This document shows positions 49,262 through 62,844 of a stretch of 64,000 nucleotides of DNA, one piece after another; the stretch's first letter is position 1; every line of letters starts with the position of its first letter. The notes beneath the pieces were generated by a model that saw only the letters and a list, made by a program, of their open reading frames with translations, had not been told where the DNA came from and ran no database searches. The DNA is from Pelomyxa schiedti (lineage: Eukaryota > Protista > Evosea): positions 1 through 64,000 of the forward strand of contig JAHLWZ010000867.1 in assembly GCA_020536535.1 (NCBI GenBank), in the 5' to 3' direction. The position numbers were made by a program, and so were the translations under genes.

Positions 49262-52200
49262 ATGGCCGACGAGGGGACACAGCGCGCCGATGGTGCCAAA
49301 GTTTCGTTGCGCGACAAAGTGCGACCGGCATTATGGGAGATAGCGAGGCGCTACGATGGGGACAACGACGACGTATTACAGCCTTATGAGATATACTGCT
49401 TGTTATTGGTATTTGGGGCTGTGGCCATTCTTTATCAAGAATTCATTTGCACAAGAAACCAATTTCTTATGAGTGTGTTCTCACATGTGTCAATGAAAGG
49501 CCTTTTTTGGAAGGAACTATGGCACAACAGCAGTTAGACCTGCAGTAGATATGTTTGGAACAGAGAGTCCACATTCAGCTGAATGGAGAACTCCAATAGA
49601 CCAGGTTCATGTGGGTCACATGAAAGAGGTAAGTTCTTTCCCTTTTGCACCTTTTTTTTTATAGCTCAACTGCCTTCCACAGTTTCAAGGTGCCTCTGCC
49701 AAGGCTCTGACTATTAAGGGCGTGGCAGAGTTCTGTATTGACACGATACTGTCCCTGGATGGGTCCTTCTCTGCTACAGAAGTTGTTACCGGATTTGAGA
49801 GGTATAGCGAAGCTGCCTAAGTATTCTTATGACTTAAAAGGCATGGGTATAACTGTCACGAGGGTAATTTTCTGCTGGAAAATACTTGCGCAAGACCAAA
49901 ACCTCAAACGCACGATACACTGATACTGGGACTCAGCGATACTGATTATTCCCTTGATATGGATATTTGGAACTGGTATAGTCCTTAACCGTTTCGGCAC
50001 TCACATAGCGTGCAGCTGCCATGAATTTCACATTCGACCTGGACCTGCTGCTCTGGCTAAATTCGCCAGTCACAATTCATCTGAAAAGTAGGTTAGAAAC
50101 ATACTATTTCACGTTTGAAAGTGGGATAGATTCTGCTCAACTGTGACAAAGTGGGATGACCTTGAGTTCAATTGGAAAGTTGACGCGAAAGTGGAGGCAC
50201 TATGAACCACAATTCGCCCTGAAGCTATAACAGCCGCATCCCAGACCCTTTTTACCTTTTATGATGGCAATGGAGATGGAGAGCTATGCCCAAACGAGTT
50301 ACAACTGATGGTATCTGACGATATCGCCAAAAACTAAGTTCTGTAGAAAATGACCAAGTGCCTTTCCGAATCAACACTTGCGGCCTTTGGGGAGAATTGG
50401 AGACAGAACTCGAAGTGTGCCTTCAGATCTCTTTTGTGGCATGGATTCAGTGAGACGCTGGAACCACCCAAAGGTCCTTCTGAAATTTCCCGTGCAGTTC
50501 CTTCCAACCACTCAAATAGACCTCGCTGCGGGAAGCTTGGCAACGTGCAATTTACTTGCCAAGTTCATATTGGACATCATTGAACAAAGGCACAACACTG
50601 GTGTCTTACGAGAGCTCGAAATGCTCAAAGACCTAGTGAATTACGTGCTTGGAAGTTGGTCACCAGAAAACTCGCCCTTTTTCACAGTTGCCACTACAAC
50701 AGTGGAAGGGATTGCAAATATTTTCAATCTTCCAGAGCTCGTGCAAGTCATGAGACTATTGCACGATGAAGTTGTTGTGCCTGACGGGCAGACAGCACTG
50801 CAACTCCTTGGCCTTGCACATTCTTGGGAGGTACTTTCAGTCTTTTCAGTTTCAAATCACATATTTGTCCAGGTATCACATTTCCTGGAGCCTAAACCAG
50901 GGTTCCTTTTTTCGAAAATCCACACTGCTGTCAAGAACTTTGTGAAATCCAACACATCTGAATTTTTGCTGCAGCTTCAGAGCCCCGCCATGTCTGAGGT
51001 GCTTAAAAAAACGCATGTACAGCAGCACTTCGACTATTGCACTGGAAGGATAAGTGGAGGCTCCCCATCTACCATTAGAAACTCAATCATGAAGATGGAT
51101 CCCAGTTCAAATGAGTGGAGTGGTAGTACCTTTATTGCAGTGATAAGGGAAGTCTAATAATATTAAATCCAGATAGTGTCTGGTCACTACTCCCTCCCTC
51201 CAACTTGATTCAACTCCTTGTTAGCAATAACGCAACCAATCTTTCTTCCATGCTAGAACTTGTGGGGGATGTGGACACTTTTTTGAAGGAATCAGTCACA
51301 CAGGGACGCCTACGGGCATCAGTATGTAGTCTATCTCCAGCTTTCTCTAAATTTCATAGAATAGGTGGCAGACTGGAACTGGTCCCAAGTAAAGGCGAAG
51401 CCATTCCCTGAAATTCTCAGCACCGAGTTGCTCGCAACCTCCACGATTCCTGCGATAACCGAATATCTCTTGAAGTACCTCGGTTTCTCAAATGAGACAG
51501 AGTTATGCACACACTTCTGGAGACATAAAATGATAACAGAGGTACTGGGTCTCATTCTCGATTCGTTTTCAAGCATAACCTCCGTCTCAGGCGCAAAATA
51601 TTGGCGCGGTAATCAAAGGCAGCTTTGATATCCTGCAGGAACGTCATGTATCAAAGAACTTGGTGGCAGCAAGGCTGATGTCATTATTTCTAGCACAAAA
51701 ATCAACCGGGTGTAACTACAGAGGTGAACAAGTTCCAGAGTCCGAACACCCAGACCTGATCCAAAAGGCTGTGGATCGAGCCTCATCAATCTGTGGAGTG
51801 GAACCATCTTCAGTCATGTGGTGGAATTCAACACAACAACCGGCTATGGCACCTTTCAAGGTACCGAATTCAAATTTAGGTGGAGAAAATAATTGACATT
51901 CACAGGTTTCACTGTGCTTTACAATGGGTCATCACGGTGATGTTTTTCACCCAGAGTGAGTTTCTTCTTTTTTCCCACAAACAAATACAACAACAAAAAA
52001 AAAAACATATGACCGTTTTCAGGAATGGAATGTCATCGTATTACCTGAAATCTGATTATGTTGGTGGCTCCGCGGACTGTATTGTTGTAAACACACTAAT
52101 TGCTCCAGCACAAGTGCAATCCTGGACTCCTGAAGAGATGTCAAAGCTGTTGGTCGAGCGCCTAAATAAGCCGCGTGCTGGAGACTGGGAATCTCTTCCT

Positions 52201-52369
52201 GGTGGGTATTTTACAAATAATCGCCGAGCACTCATAATGGTCAAAAGGTGTTGTGTATTGCAGTGACATGGCACCCTATCTGATCCGAGTTGGGTGTTTG
52301 TTTGAAGGACAGGGAATGCGTTATGCCATTGATACCCTTAAACTCCTCCAAGTGCTGTCATTCTGCTGA
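49262..52369 (+). CDS. Multi-exon hypothetical protein with two widely spaced EF-hand-like motifs and a possible SAM-like C-terminus
   Basis: YDGDNDDVLQPYE and YDGNGDGELCPNE; QVQSWTPEEMSKLL near the end. Confidence 0.6.
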
Positions 52370-52469
52370 AACAACCACAGTGGCACAACAATGCTTCTTT
52401 TTGTTGAAAATTTCCAACAAAAACTGGAAGCTCCTTTTTTTTTACAATACAAATTTAAGATGTTGGTTT

Positions 52470-53191
52470 CTAGTGTCCTTGCAATTGTGTTTCCCACTGA
52501 GCCAATTGCCGTAAGAGCCCGCGATTGGGGGAAATAATTGGTCTCTGTTCTTTGACATACTTTATTGCCTCATCAACAGTCTTGGGGCACTTTTGCAGGT
52601 TGGTGTTACCAGTTTCAGTAGATGTTGCACTTGAGGTTGATGATGCCAATGGCGATGCAGCTGCCTTGCAGTGTGTTCCTTCGTCACAATCTCGGTGCAT
52701 GTGCATTATGTAGGCAATAGTTACAGTGGCCGAGCGAGAAACTCCAGCACCACTGAAGTGGGTGTTATTGAAACGAAGAACCACGATGTACCAAATAATC
52801 GGAGAGGAGAAAGATACCAGTGAACTAGAATCACACCGCCGTGTGATCTGGCCTCATCAATGAACCTGCATGCAGCAGGCAGTTGGCTGAGAATATCAGC
52901 TGCAGGGCTATCAAGTGCCTTCACGTGATGATACTTTATCCTCTACTACAGTGTGAGTGGGTGGATAACAACTACAACAGAAACAAAAAATTAAAAGGGT
53001 CTTGAGGAGAACAAAAACCAAACGCCACAAAGCACGACCACCCAAAAACGCACGTCTGAGAATGGAGCGAAGAAATCGTCCAACACAGTGACAATGTGAG
53101 TAACACCAAGTGCCTCGAGTGCTTTGGATGAAACAGCACATCCTGTGTCCCCCAAATACAACCACCCACTCTCAATCTCTGATGCCGTCAT
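52470..53191 (-). CDS. Dual-specificity protein phosphatase
   Basis: WLYLG, LGVTHIV, ALDSPAADI, ILVHC|GAGVSRSATVTIAY, A..YVKEQRPIISPNRG. Confidence 0.95.
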
Positions 53192-53368
53192 TCAGCTCTA
53201 ACTCTTTTCTATTGACTATTCACAAAGGAACACGCCGTTTTTACGTTGTGTTGGTGGTCGTCTCTCACTTTTCGTGAACTGCCTCGTTCAGATGAACACA
53301 AAGGCCCGAATTAGCCCTCCAACTTATCCGTTCTCTGAACCATCACTCTCTTATTGTTGTTTTCGTTT

Positions 53369-56122
53369 TCAACTTGACTCGTGCGCTTCCTCGTTAGGGT
53401 CTTGGTTTTCGCTCGGCTTTTCAGCTGTATCGGGATCACTCTCAGAATTATCGGCACTTTCAGAGGCATCTTCCTCTGCCTCAGAGTCCGTGACTGCATC
53501 AGGGTCTGCCTCTTCCTCTTCCTCATCAAGTGGATTTTCGTCAGAGTCAACATCTGAGCTTGGGGATGTGTGAGCCTCCGCAGTTGGATGCAGTATGGAA
53601 TTGGGGTTGGCCACTGTGTACTCCTGCTGGTCGGTACCTGGTGGGCCCCAGCTTATCAGTAGCTTGCCATCAATGCAGTGTGTAAGTATCTCAATCGCAG
53701 CCCTGTTGATTGTTTCATTGATTGATAATTGGGGTCAAATAGTGGTGCGAATGATGCAAGTGTAAGATACCTGTGGGTGTCAGGAGTAGACCCGCGTTTG
53801 TTTGTGTAACCAAGCTTTTTAGCATAAGCTGCGGCCATACTTATGGGTGTCCATTTGTCCGGAGATGCTGGGAGATGATGTGTCAGACCATAGCATTTCT
53901 CGAGGGGTATGTGCTCCGCAATGTATCTTGGTGGGGGTAAGACGAGAAATAAGGGAATTCTTACCTCAATGCGGAATAAGGTTCTCTCAAGTGGGCCAGA
54001 GGATATAACCCGCAAATAACCTGCTCAGCGTAAGAAAAATACAGTTTGGGCGAATGAAAAGAACTTGTAGGTTTTTGGGCCTGTCCAGTGCAGGAAAAAC
54101 CATGCCTGGACAGTCACACAGAATAATATCACTTGCAAGTTTTTGGGTTTGGAAGTGCTTTGTATGCCCAGGAGTTCTACTGACTGAGACCTTTCTTCCA
54201 TTGGTTTTGAAGGAGAAAATTAAGTTCATACCACTTTTCTCCCCATTAGAGCATTAATCATGGAAGACTTTCCTACATTTGGGTTTCCCACCGATCTGAG
54301 CTCGTTTAACGAAAAACGAAAAATAAGCGAGTGAAGGAAGCTTGGGCATTCATACCCCACGCAGATCTGTTTAAGTGGCCCAGTTGACGTACTAGAAGCC
54401 GCTAGTATATATGAGATAAAAAAAAGTATAATCTGGAGGATACCAACAGTGTCACGTATTAACTGCAGAACGGCTTCCCTTCCCGTTGAAGTGGAATACC
54501 TGCTCTTTTATTATTATGGATGTAGTTGGTATTTGTTGTGAACGAAGGTATGGTGGTCCAAACTACCTGGTCCCTTTCATATTGAGCGATTTTTGTACTC
54601 GTTTTTGACTGACATCATAGTTCAGCAATTCGCCACTAAAGCCCTTAAATGCGGAAAACTTAACAATCTGGTGAAGGTGTCAATAATAGACAAAGTCTGA
54701 GATGCATTACAAAGTGGTAGCCTTGAACTTACTTTCAGGAGTGGATAGTGAGTTGCAAACCACTGACACCATAACTCAACAGTTCCTGGTTCAGATATAT
54801 CTATCTATTTAATTGGTTAGAGCATGCATTACTATTTGAAACATCACTTTATTAAAAACGAGAATCAAAGGCTTTCTAAGTTCTTCAGTGATGAACTTGT
54901 AGAGAGCGGAGCTGAAGAGGAACAGAGGATAGCGTGCATCAGTGACCATCATGATAAGATGTGATCTCTCACAGACTCGCCACAGTTGGCGCCAGGTCTA
55001 CTGATAAACATGGGAAGCGGCACAATAAGAATGTCAACCAACCTCTAAGTTGCATTCAAAGTAGTTGAGAGATTTTAGTGGAAACCGCAACAGTGAGTTG
55101 ATCCAATCATTGTAGACAGAAAGTTCGGCATTCTTAGAGGAAACATGGTTTAGAATACAAAGAAGCACCAAACTACCCACCTCAAGTTCAATTTTGGTTG
55201 TTTCGTAGCTCCAATCAGGCCTCTTGGGAAAAGGAAGCGGCTCCATACTAAATTCTTCACTTATAATGGGGCCCTTTGGTAAATTAGGTTTTGCAAGTTG
55301 TTTATTGATGGCACACATTGACCCGCTTTGAGAGATCAAGAGGAATATTGGCGGCATCAATTTTAGCTTGTTCCACATCAGTTCTTGTCTCATACTCAAA
55401 CAACTTTGGGTTCTCTCGCCTAATATTCACCACTCTACGTGTTGTGCCACCACTTCCACGTGCTGTAACGAGTTTTAACTACCAACAGAAAACAGAAAAC
55501 AGAAAACAGAAATAACAATAGCTAACGGTTGGGGGGGAAGGTAAAGACAAAGAGGAGGCAAAAACCTGGTTGCGTTACAACTGTGGCAGTTACTGTGCGA
55601 TCTCTCCGTGCCGCAGTCGCCGAAGACGCAGCGGTAGTTGTGGTAGTGGCATTAGCGGTAGTTTTAGCACTAGCAGTAGATATCAGAATTGCGTCGCCAT
55701 CTCCCGAGGCCCCCCCAGAAACATAAGCAGAAGCAGAAGCAGCCGACGTAGTCGGGGCAGGAACCGACGCGCCGTGCTTCCGCCCTCGCCCCGTCGCCGC
55801 GCCCCCCCTCGTTCGCGGAATCTCCCCTCGAGGCGCTGGGCGATGCACAACAGGTGGCGCTGCTGACGCTGAGGCGGTGGCAGTGGCAGAAGGGTCGTCC
55901 GGCGACGGCGTCGATTCTTGCTGTTGCTGTTGAGGTTCACCTTGGGTGGTGTCGTCGCTGTCGTCCTCTCCGGCAGCCCTTTTCTTTTCGCGCTTGGTCT
56001 TCATGTACTCCTTCTTCTGCTTCCCTAAGAGTAGCAGAGGCAAGAGAAGTCACGAACAGTGTTAATGGAGACAAGGGAAACGTAGGGCCGCACACACCGC
56101 TGAATGGCTTCTTGCGAGGCAT
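53369..56122 (-). CDS. GNL1: Circularly permuted GTPase, GNL1/LSG1 family
   Basis: GNL1-type N-terminus MPRKKPFSG|KQKKEYMKTKREKKR; FECNLE|TWRQLWRVCERS...DARYP; VGNPNVGKSSMINAL; SVSRTPGHTKHFQT; LCDCPGMVFP; acidic tail. Confidence 0.92.
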
Positions 56123-56219
56123 GATCGTGCACTATTAATTTCGGTTTTCGCTTCACAGTTTTCGGACGTTTTGATAATCACAACTCAGTGTACTGGCCAG
56201 TACGTTGGATTTTGGTACA

Positions 56220-57689
56220 ATGAGCCAGGACGACCTTCCCCTTTTTCTCCCAGTATCTAGCATACCCACTACATCATCACCAACTTACTCACCCGACCCG
56301 TCAGCAGTCACCACAACAGCAACAACCACAAGCGCAACCACTTCGCCATCTACATCTGTACCTTCAGCCTCAGACTCAGCCTCCTCTNNNNNNNNNNNNN
56401 NNNNNNNNNNNNNNNNNNNNNNNNNNNNNNNNNNNNNNNNNNNNNNNNNNNNNNNNNNNNNNNNNNNNNNNNNNNNNNNNNNNNNNNCACTACATCATCA
56501 CCAACTTACTCACCCGACCCGTCAGCAGTCACCACAACAGCAACAACCACAAGCGCAACCACTTCGCCATCTACATCTGTACCTTCAGCCTCAGACTCAG
56601 CCTCCTCTTCCTCGTGGTCTGAGCCGTGGTCTCCAGGAGACCTAGTACCCAAAGACCCCCGTTACGACGACAGCAGCGACAGCGACGCCGCCGACGGTGC
56701 TGCAACCGCCGCCCTGGGCGACGGAACGCCCGTTCTGCTAGCCGTCGACGAAACCGAGACAGGAACCGGCGGTCCCACAAGTGCCGCCGAGGAGCTGCCG
56801 AATGTGAATACCGGCCACCTCGGCCTGGATCTGGCGGCGCTGCTGTGCCCGCCTCTGCCAAAGGACTACAGCGAGACGGCGCCGACTTGGGAGCCGGTGG
56901 CCGCCGGGCCGAGGCTGGAAGCCCTGCCGGATTTGGCACTGCTGACCGTGCTGGGTTTTTTGGACTTCAGGGCACTGTGCCGCGTTGCGGGAGTGTGCAA
57001 GAGGCTGAACGAGGTGCGGGGAGTCTTTTCTTATTATGGGAGATGCTTGTTTTTGTTCACGCATTTTTTCAAGGTTGCTGATTATCCACCTCTCTGGAAA
57101 GCTCTCCTTTTTAGAAAAGGAGTCCAGGAGGAAGACTTAGTGAAAGTAGCAAACTATAAATTGTATTATCAGGTACAAAGTGCCCATTTTTCTTTTGTTT
57201 TTATTCATTACATGGCCTGGAATGTAGCTCTCACTCCCAGTGACTTGCAAAGCACCAAGATGTGGGCGGAAGTTCGTTGTGTTACACAATACTGAAAGAT
57301 GCTTTGGACACACAGGCGTTTTGAAGTATTATTCCAAGGGTGTCATTACTCTCCACCTGCCCTATGAGGTTGCCGAGGCTTTCTTTTATTTTTCTTTTCC
57401 CTCTTTCTTTTTTTCTGAATTTGTAATTTAGGGGTGGTCCTGCTGTTCCGCCCGAAAGAGCCAATCATGCCGCGTTCATCACGAACACGTGCTTTCACAC
57501 TCTGACATCTCTTGGGCCAAACATGCAAGCACCAGGTTCTCAGTGCACGCCGCCCGTGCCACGAAAGTGGTAACCATTGGCACTGTAGGCGTGGTGGCAG
57601 GGACTGCCGCAGTCGTTGGTGGCGTGGCTGCAGTCACTATTGGTGTTCCCATTTACCTCGGTGTGAAACTGTTCAAAAAAGTATTTTAA
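56220..57689 (+). CDS. F-box protein with a Ser/Thr-rich N-terminus and a hydrophobic C-terminal tail (spans the assembly gap)
   Basis: LEALPDLALLTVLGFLDFRALCRVAGVCKRLNE|VADYPPLWKAL; C-terminus VVTIGTVGVVAGTAAVVGGVAAVTIGVPIYLGVKLFKKVF*. Confidence 0.8.
56388..56487. other. Assembly gap (100 N) flanked by overlapping contig ends
   Basis: 56267-56387 is repeated exactly at 56488-56608. Confidence 0.95.
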
Positions 57690-57922
57690 AATAGGAGAGA
57701 AAAAAAAAAATTATTTTTATGGTTTTAATTATGGAGGGGGAATGAGGGCAATGGGGGGACTGCACAACACGAGCCAGGGGTCGTCCGCAACCAACACGAT
57801 CGTGCATCTGCCCAATCTCCTCTCACTCCCCCACCGAAATGGATCTTCTGCTGCTCAGGGGCCAGAGTGGCGTTGTTGGACCAAAGTCAATTGTGGGTTT
57901 GTGCATTTTCAATTTCGGTGAA

Positions 57923-60439
57923 ATGACCGCTCGTCGTCCAACGGACGTTAGTTTTCTCGTGGACTTGCCTGCCGACACGTTGGAGGTTTTTTTTGCAAAT
58001 TCACCCATTCCCTGTGGTTGTGTTGAAGATCTTGTATTAAAGCGTGTGGTGCACTACTTGGACTCTGAGATCGACCTTGCTTCGGTGGAGGCCACGTGTC
58101 GTTTATTCTATTCCGGCATTGTTTCCGACTCACATGTACTCATCATCATCGCCGTAACTGCGGCAACACTTGACTCGCCTTTCAACAGTATTTACGAAAC
58201 CAAACATTTTAGTGGCGCGATTTGTATGCAACGAAGTGGCCTCGTCACCAGATTCCTGCCAAACCAAGGCACCCGTGTCCCATGCAGATCAAGTGAATTT
58301 GTTTCCCTTATTTAATTTAATATCTTACATAAAAAAAAAAAGGAAGTGGAAGGCACTGTTTTATACAAAGAAGTTGTGTGAAAGGTTGATTGTTGAACAT
58401 ATTAGATTTTTATGACTGATATTGAAGGAACTGGGAAGACAACATGTACATTTTTAAATCATTTTCTCTTCCGATTCCGGGACCCCGTTCATCCACAGCT
58501 GCACTTGCAGTACTTCCAATTTTAACTCCCAACCCAGACTCAACACATCCTAGTACGATCCTGAGACGTGTTTATTGGCCATTGCGTATGACGAACGTGG
58601 AATTTACGTTTACAAATACTACGACCATGGACTAGCACAACCACTTTTCCAATTCCGCCTACAATACCCTGGTGAAGGAACTCCGCAATTTTCCGGCTTT
58701 TGTTCCTCGAATAGGTAATTAGAAGACATAAAACATTATAACAACTAATTGATGGACTCAACAAGCTTTGGGCTGAAGTTCATACAACACACATCGCAGC
58801 TTGTACTGCACTGTAATGTCCATCATATGGCAGGTGCTACGGAGGTTTTGTAAACTTGTAAATCAAAGTTGTTCATCATTTCAGGAAGCACGAGTCCTCT
58901 ATTCATGGAATCGAGAAAAACTACTATGGAACTATTCTTGGCCTAGAAGTGACTTTAGCCCTCTGTGTATTAACTCTCAAGTGTGCCCCGCCTTTTCAGC
59001 TATAACAACAATTACCTTCGTATCCTAGTATATATTTGTAGTTGATGGTGCTTCGCAAGTTCAAGGATATAATTTCTTAGGTATTACTAGCTCTTGCTAG
59101 TTATGTCTCAAGCAATATAGGGGTTTTATCCAAGACTTTTTATTCAATCAGTAAGCTCACTGATATTACTTCCGATGACTCTTTCATTATTGGTGTGAGT
59201 GATGACGGGTTGGCTGAAATTTGGGGTATCAATAGCCATCAAAAGTAACTACTAAAATAACTGTAGATATTAGTACCGAGTCCCTAATTAGAAGCCTTGA
59301 TTTGAACTTTACTTCATTTTCCTTACCTGGAATTAAATTGGGCCTTCATTCAAACTTTTTGATTGCCGCTGGCCAACATAGTGTGGTAATCCCCTGCACA
59401 ATATCACCCCCTTTCACTGTAAGTAGATCAAAACTTTCGACCTAAACACAGGCCTTTTGATCACCTGCACCAAAGGAGTTGAATACCAAAGTGACTTGCA
59501 AGTAAACTCCCGTGGATTTATGGTTGTATCCTCAAAAGTTGGTCATTGCCCCTTTTTCTTTGATGGTATTAGTGAAATTACTCCTGCAAATATTCTGAAT
59601 ATATACCAATAGCGCGGCGTGGGTTCTACACTCTTGTTCTTGGTCTTCCTCACTCTATTTCTTCCTTCTTTCTCTCGGACATAATGATGATATGCTCCCA
59701 CTCCAATAAGCTAGATGTCTGGAACTGGGATCAGAGCCGGAAGATTGTTAAGTTATGTGACGACGAGCACCAGGGGATATATGGTCCATCTTTTGCCCAC
59801 CGGTGGATTTCATCTCCTGAAAACTGCTTTTCTGGTGATAAATGCATAACAGGGCCAATTCCATCGTTTGGTGTTTCTCCTGGACCTCTGGAATTTCCCT
59901 GGCTGTTGGTGTGCTTTATTTTTTTCCTTACTTACAAGTCAGTTGTAAGTGTCTGTTTGTAGGTTCAGGAAATTCGTCCTGGGTCTCCTGCAGAAAAAGC
60001 TGGCTTACACAGTGGAGATTTCATAACACACATCTCCAATAACAAGGGCCTCCATCGCGACTACATTAATTACTGCCTAGGATCCCGTGCCGCAAAAACT
60101 CTCCAAACCCTGGTTCCCGCTGAGCTGGGCGTGCCTCTCACCGTGCATGTATTCCAAGCCACAAAACAAACGCAACTAACTCTCAGCCCAAACCAGGTTA
60201 AATCCTTCTATCCCCCACAAGAGCAAGAGCTCACAATCATTCCAGAACCTTGTGATGCAGGTGGCCTGCTTGGATTCCGAGCCACACCATGTGAGACCAA
60301 CCCCCTTCAGTCAATACTCCGATGGAGACAAGGCGCACAACCACCATCACAGAGTGACTCTGTTGCGACCAACAAAGGCATTCCTGGCGTTCGTATCTTC
60401 ACACTGGAAGAACCACTCACCGACTCCACATTTTTGTGA
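57923..60439 (+). CDS. F-box protein with a divergent WD40-like C-terminal region
   Basis: FLVDLPAD|.LVLKRVVHYLDSEIDLASVEATCRLF; later FIIGVSDDGLAEIWGI, IKTFDLNTG and KLDVWNW. Confidence 0.65.
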
Positions 60440-60553
60440 GCCGGGCACACCTGCCAATCCGAAATTACCGATTGTGAAGTTCAAAATCAGGAAAATCAGT
60501 ACCCAGTTCTTCACAAAAAACAAGAAAAACCACAAAGCAGAGATTAGGGTGTC

Positions 60554-61308
60554 ATGGACCGCAGACGTGTTATAGGGGTAGCGGTTGGTGCTGTGGGCGT
60601 TGCTGTTGCTTCGGCTGTGGCCTATAAGTTGTACTCTCATTGGTTCGCAAAGTGTGCCACCGTTACCTTTACTTTTTTTTTTTTTGAAATATCTGTTTTT
60701 TCTTATTCCCACCCTGCATCTTGTCTAATGTGCATGTTTGTTTTTCGTAAGCCCTCCAGTCAAGCGCGTTAAGCTGGGAGTGATTGGTGTGACAAAGGAG
60801 TTCCCGGAAGCTGCTGAGGTCAGTTGGTTTCAATTGTTAATTCATGCGGCTTACTTCTTTGCCCAGGCAGCCACTAAAATTCGCGAATTTCTCCAAGCCC
60901 CAGGCGCAGGCGTTGAGGTACAAGAAGTTGTGTCTGGTTTAGTTGCTGTGGGAGTTCCGCTTATTGCATACAAGTACGACTGACACTTGTTACTCTCTAC
61001 CTATTTACAAATCAACTAGGGAGGCTCAGGCACTCGGTATCACGACAGTGGGAATAGCCCCTCCTCTTGCAAATTATGTTGAATGTTTCCCTTGTGACAG
61101 AGCTATCATCGTTGGTGCGTTTCCTCCCCTTTCTTTCGTTTTAATTTACGTTCCTCAAGGTGAAGAGTGGGGTGATGAAACGAAGCCTTTCCTCGAGTAC
61201 ATTGACATGCTAGTTCTTGTAGGTCAGCCTTCTCCCCAAAATGACCGCGAGTACGAGTCCTTCCCTGGGCCAAAGTGCAAAATTGCCTTAACACCAAAAA
61301 GTGATTAA
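60554..61308 (+). CDS. Small SLOG (Smf/DprA-LOG)-like Rossmannoid protein with an N-terminal membrane anchor
   Basis: TM VIGVAVGAVGVAVASAVAY; KLGVIG, VVSGLVAVGVPLIAYK|EAQALGITTVGIAP, CFPCDRAIIV|GEEWGDETKPFLEYIDMLVLVG. Confidence 0.65.
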
Positions 61309-61407
61309 TTTTCCATACAAGTTACAAGTAAAAAAAGGAACCGTTTGGAAAAAAAATACTCTTATTTTTCTCTTGGGTGGTGGGGGTAGGGTGACACAAG
61401 CCCATGT

Positions 61408-62844
61408 TTAGGGGAACAACCTCTGGGAGCGGTGGTACTCAATCTGGTCACGGACGAGAGCCTCGGTGATGAGTGGGTTCTGGTAGGTGAACCCAGTCCT
61501 CTCAATCGCTGTACCATCAACATAGGTGTTGTTGTCGTACAAGACCTCTTGGTCGAGGTACGGGGTAAGTGGGGTGTTGAGGATTCCTGCTGCCTACAGG
61601 TGGGGTTAGCGAAAAAGAATCAACAGGGCTTTTGTACCTTGCAGAGCTCGGACCATGGCTTAAGATGCTTATCGTTGACATCCTCTGTCACAGACTTGAA
61701 GTTCATCTTGGCCAAGTTAGACTTGATCGATCCAATGAAACCGGTCTTGATGCCAAAGATGGGTCCAAGAACGGCATTGAACTTGCCTTGGGCTGATGAC
61801 AGTGGTCATTAATCAACGTTTACAGGGAAAAAACCATACTTGTGTCGTTCTTGTCACACAAGTTGTAGAGAGCACCAACTGGGAGTGTGGTGGCTCCGTG
61901 CCACATGGCTCGGCAAACGTCGAGAACGTGGACGGTGTTGATCCTCAAGTCCTCTGTCTTTGAAATTGTTAGGTCTTTTTCTCAGATGGATAAAGTTGGG
62001 TTACCCATAAGAACTTCATTGTTTCACCCAAGTGCTTGTAAACGGCGGCGCAGATGATGCGGGGTTCTGTTCAAGTTTAACCGAAGTGGAGCATAGAAAC
62101 TAAGACATACCAAGACCAGTAATGTCTCCAGGTCCGTACACAATTGCTGGACGGAAGATCACAAGGGGAAGCCCGGGAATAGCCTTAAGGGCTGTCTCGG
62201 TCTTGGCGTGAACCTTGGCAAGGGTTGTCCAGGGAGAGAGCTTAGCCTCGGTCTCCCTGCCAATCTTAGACCCACCATCATAAACTTGGGCTGTGGACAA
62301 TTGGATGAATTTGTCAACCTAGTGTCAAAAAAAAAATCAGTGCAAGATGAAAAGAGCAGACGAAAAAGCTTACATGAGCGGCAACAGCGGCAGTAGCAAC
62401 CTTGACGCAGAGACCTTGGGTCTTCTCCTCGTAAATGGGCTCCTCTTGTCCGTACTTGGTCTCAGCGGCGCAATTGAATACGTAGTTGAACTTCTGTCCA
62501 CCCTCCAATGCGAAGCAGGCGGTAATAGAAGCTAGAAAAAAGCATAAGAAACTCACATCCTTAAAACTTAAACTGCGCTAGTCACACACCGACGAGTTAA
62601 AACACTAAAAAAAAGAGGGGAGCGAACTTGGGCTGGTCAAGTTTCCTTGCTTGAACTGGCAATTTGGTCGCTCGTAAACGGAAGCGTGAGCGGCGTTCAA
62701 GCAAGCAGTCTGAGGGAAAACCTTGTCGACTACTCTTACGTAGTTGCACAGATCTTGAGAAACAAGGTAGTGTACGAGGTTGCGGCCGATGAAACCCGTT
62801 CCGCCGAAAACAATTACATTAGGCTTGGCTGGTGTCGCTGCCAT
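61408..62844 (-). CDS. NAD-dependent epimerase/dehydratase-family protein (extended SDR)
   Basis: VIVFGGTGFIGRNLV, VFNCAAETKY, LSTAQVY, IFRPAIVYGPGD, INTVHVLDV. Confidence 0.93.

Noticed and set aside
50179-50244. In-frame TGA in ...KVEAL*TTIRP... suggesting selenocysteine or read-through
   Set aside because: A GT..CCCAG intron (66 or 54 nt) removes the stop in frame, which is the simpler explanation. RNA-seq would settle it.
56267-56608. 121-nt exact direct repeat flanking the N run
   Set aside because: An exact duplication abutting a 100-N gap is the signature of unmerged overlapping contig ends. Collapsing it restores a continuous F-box gene.
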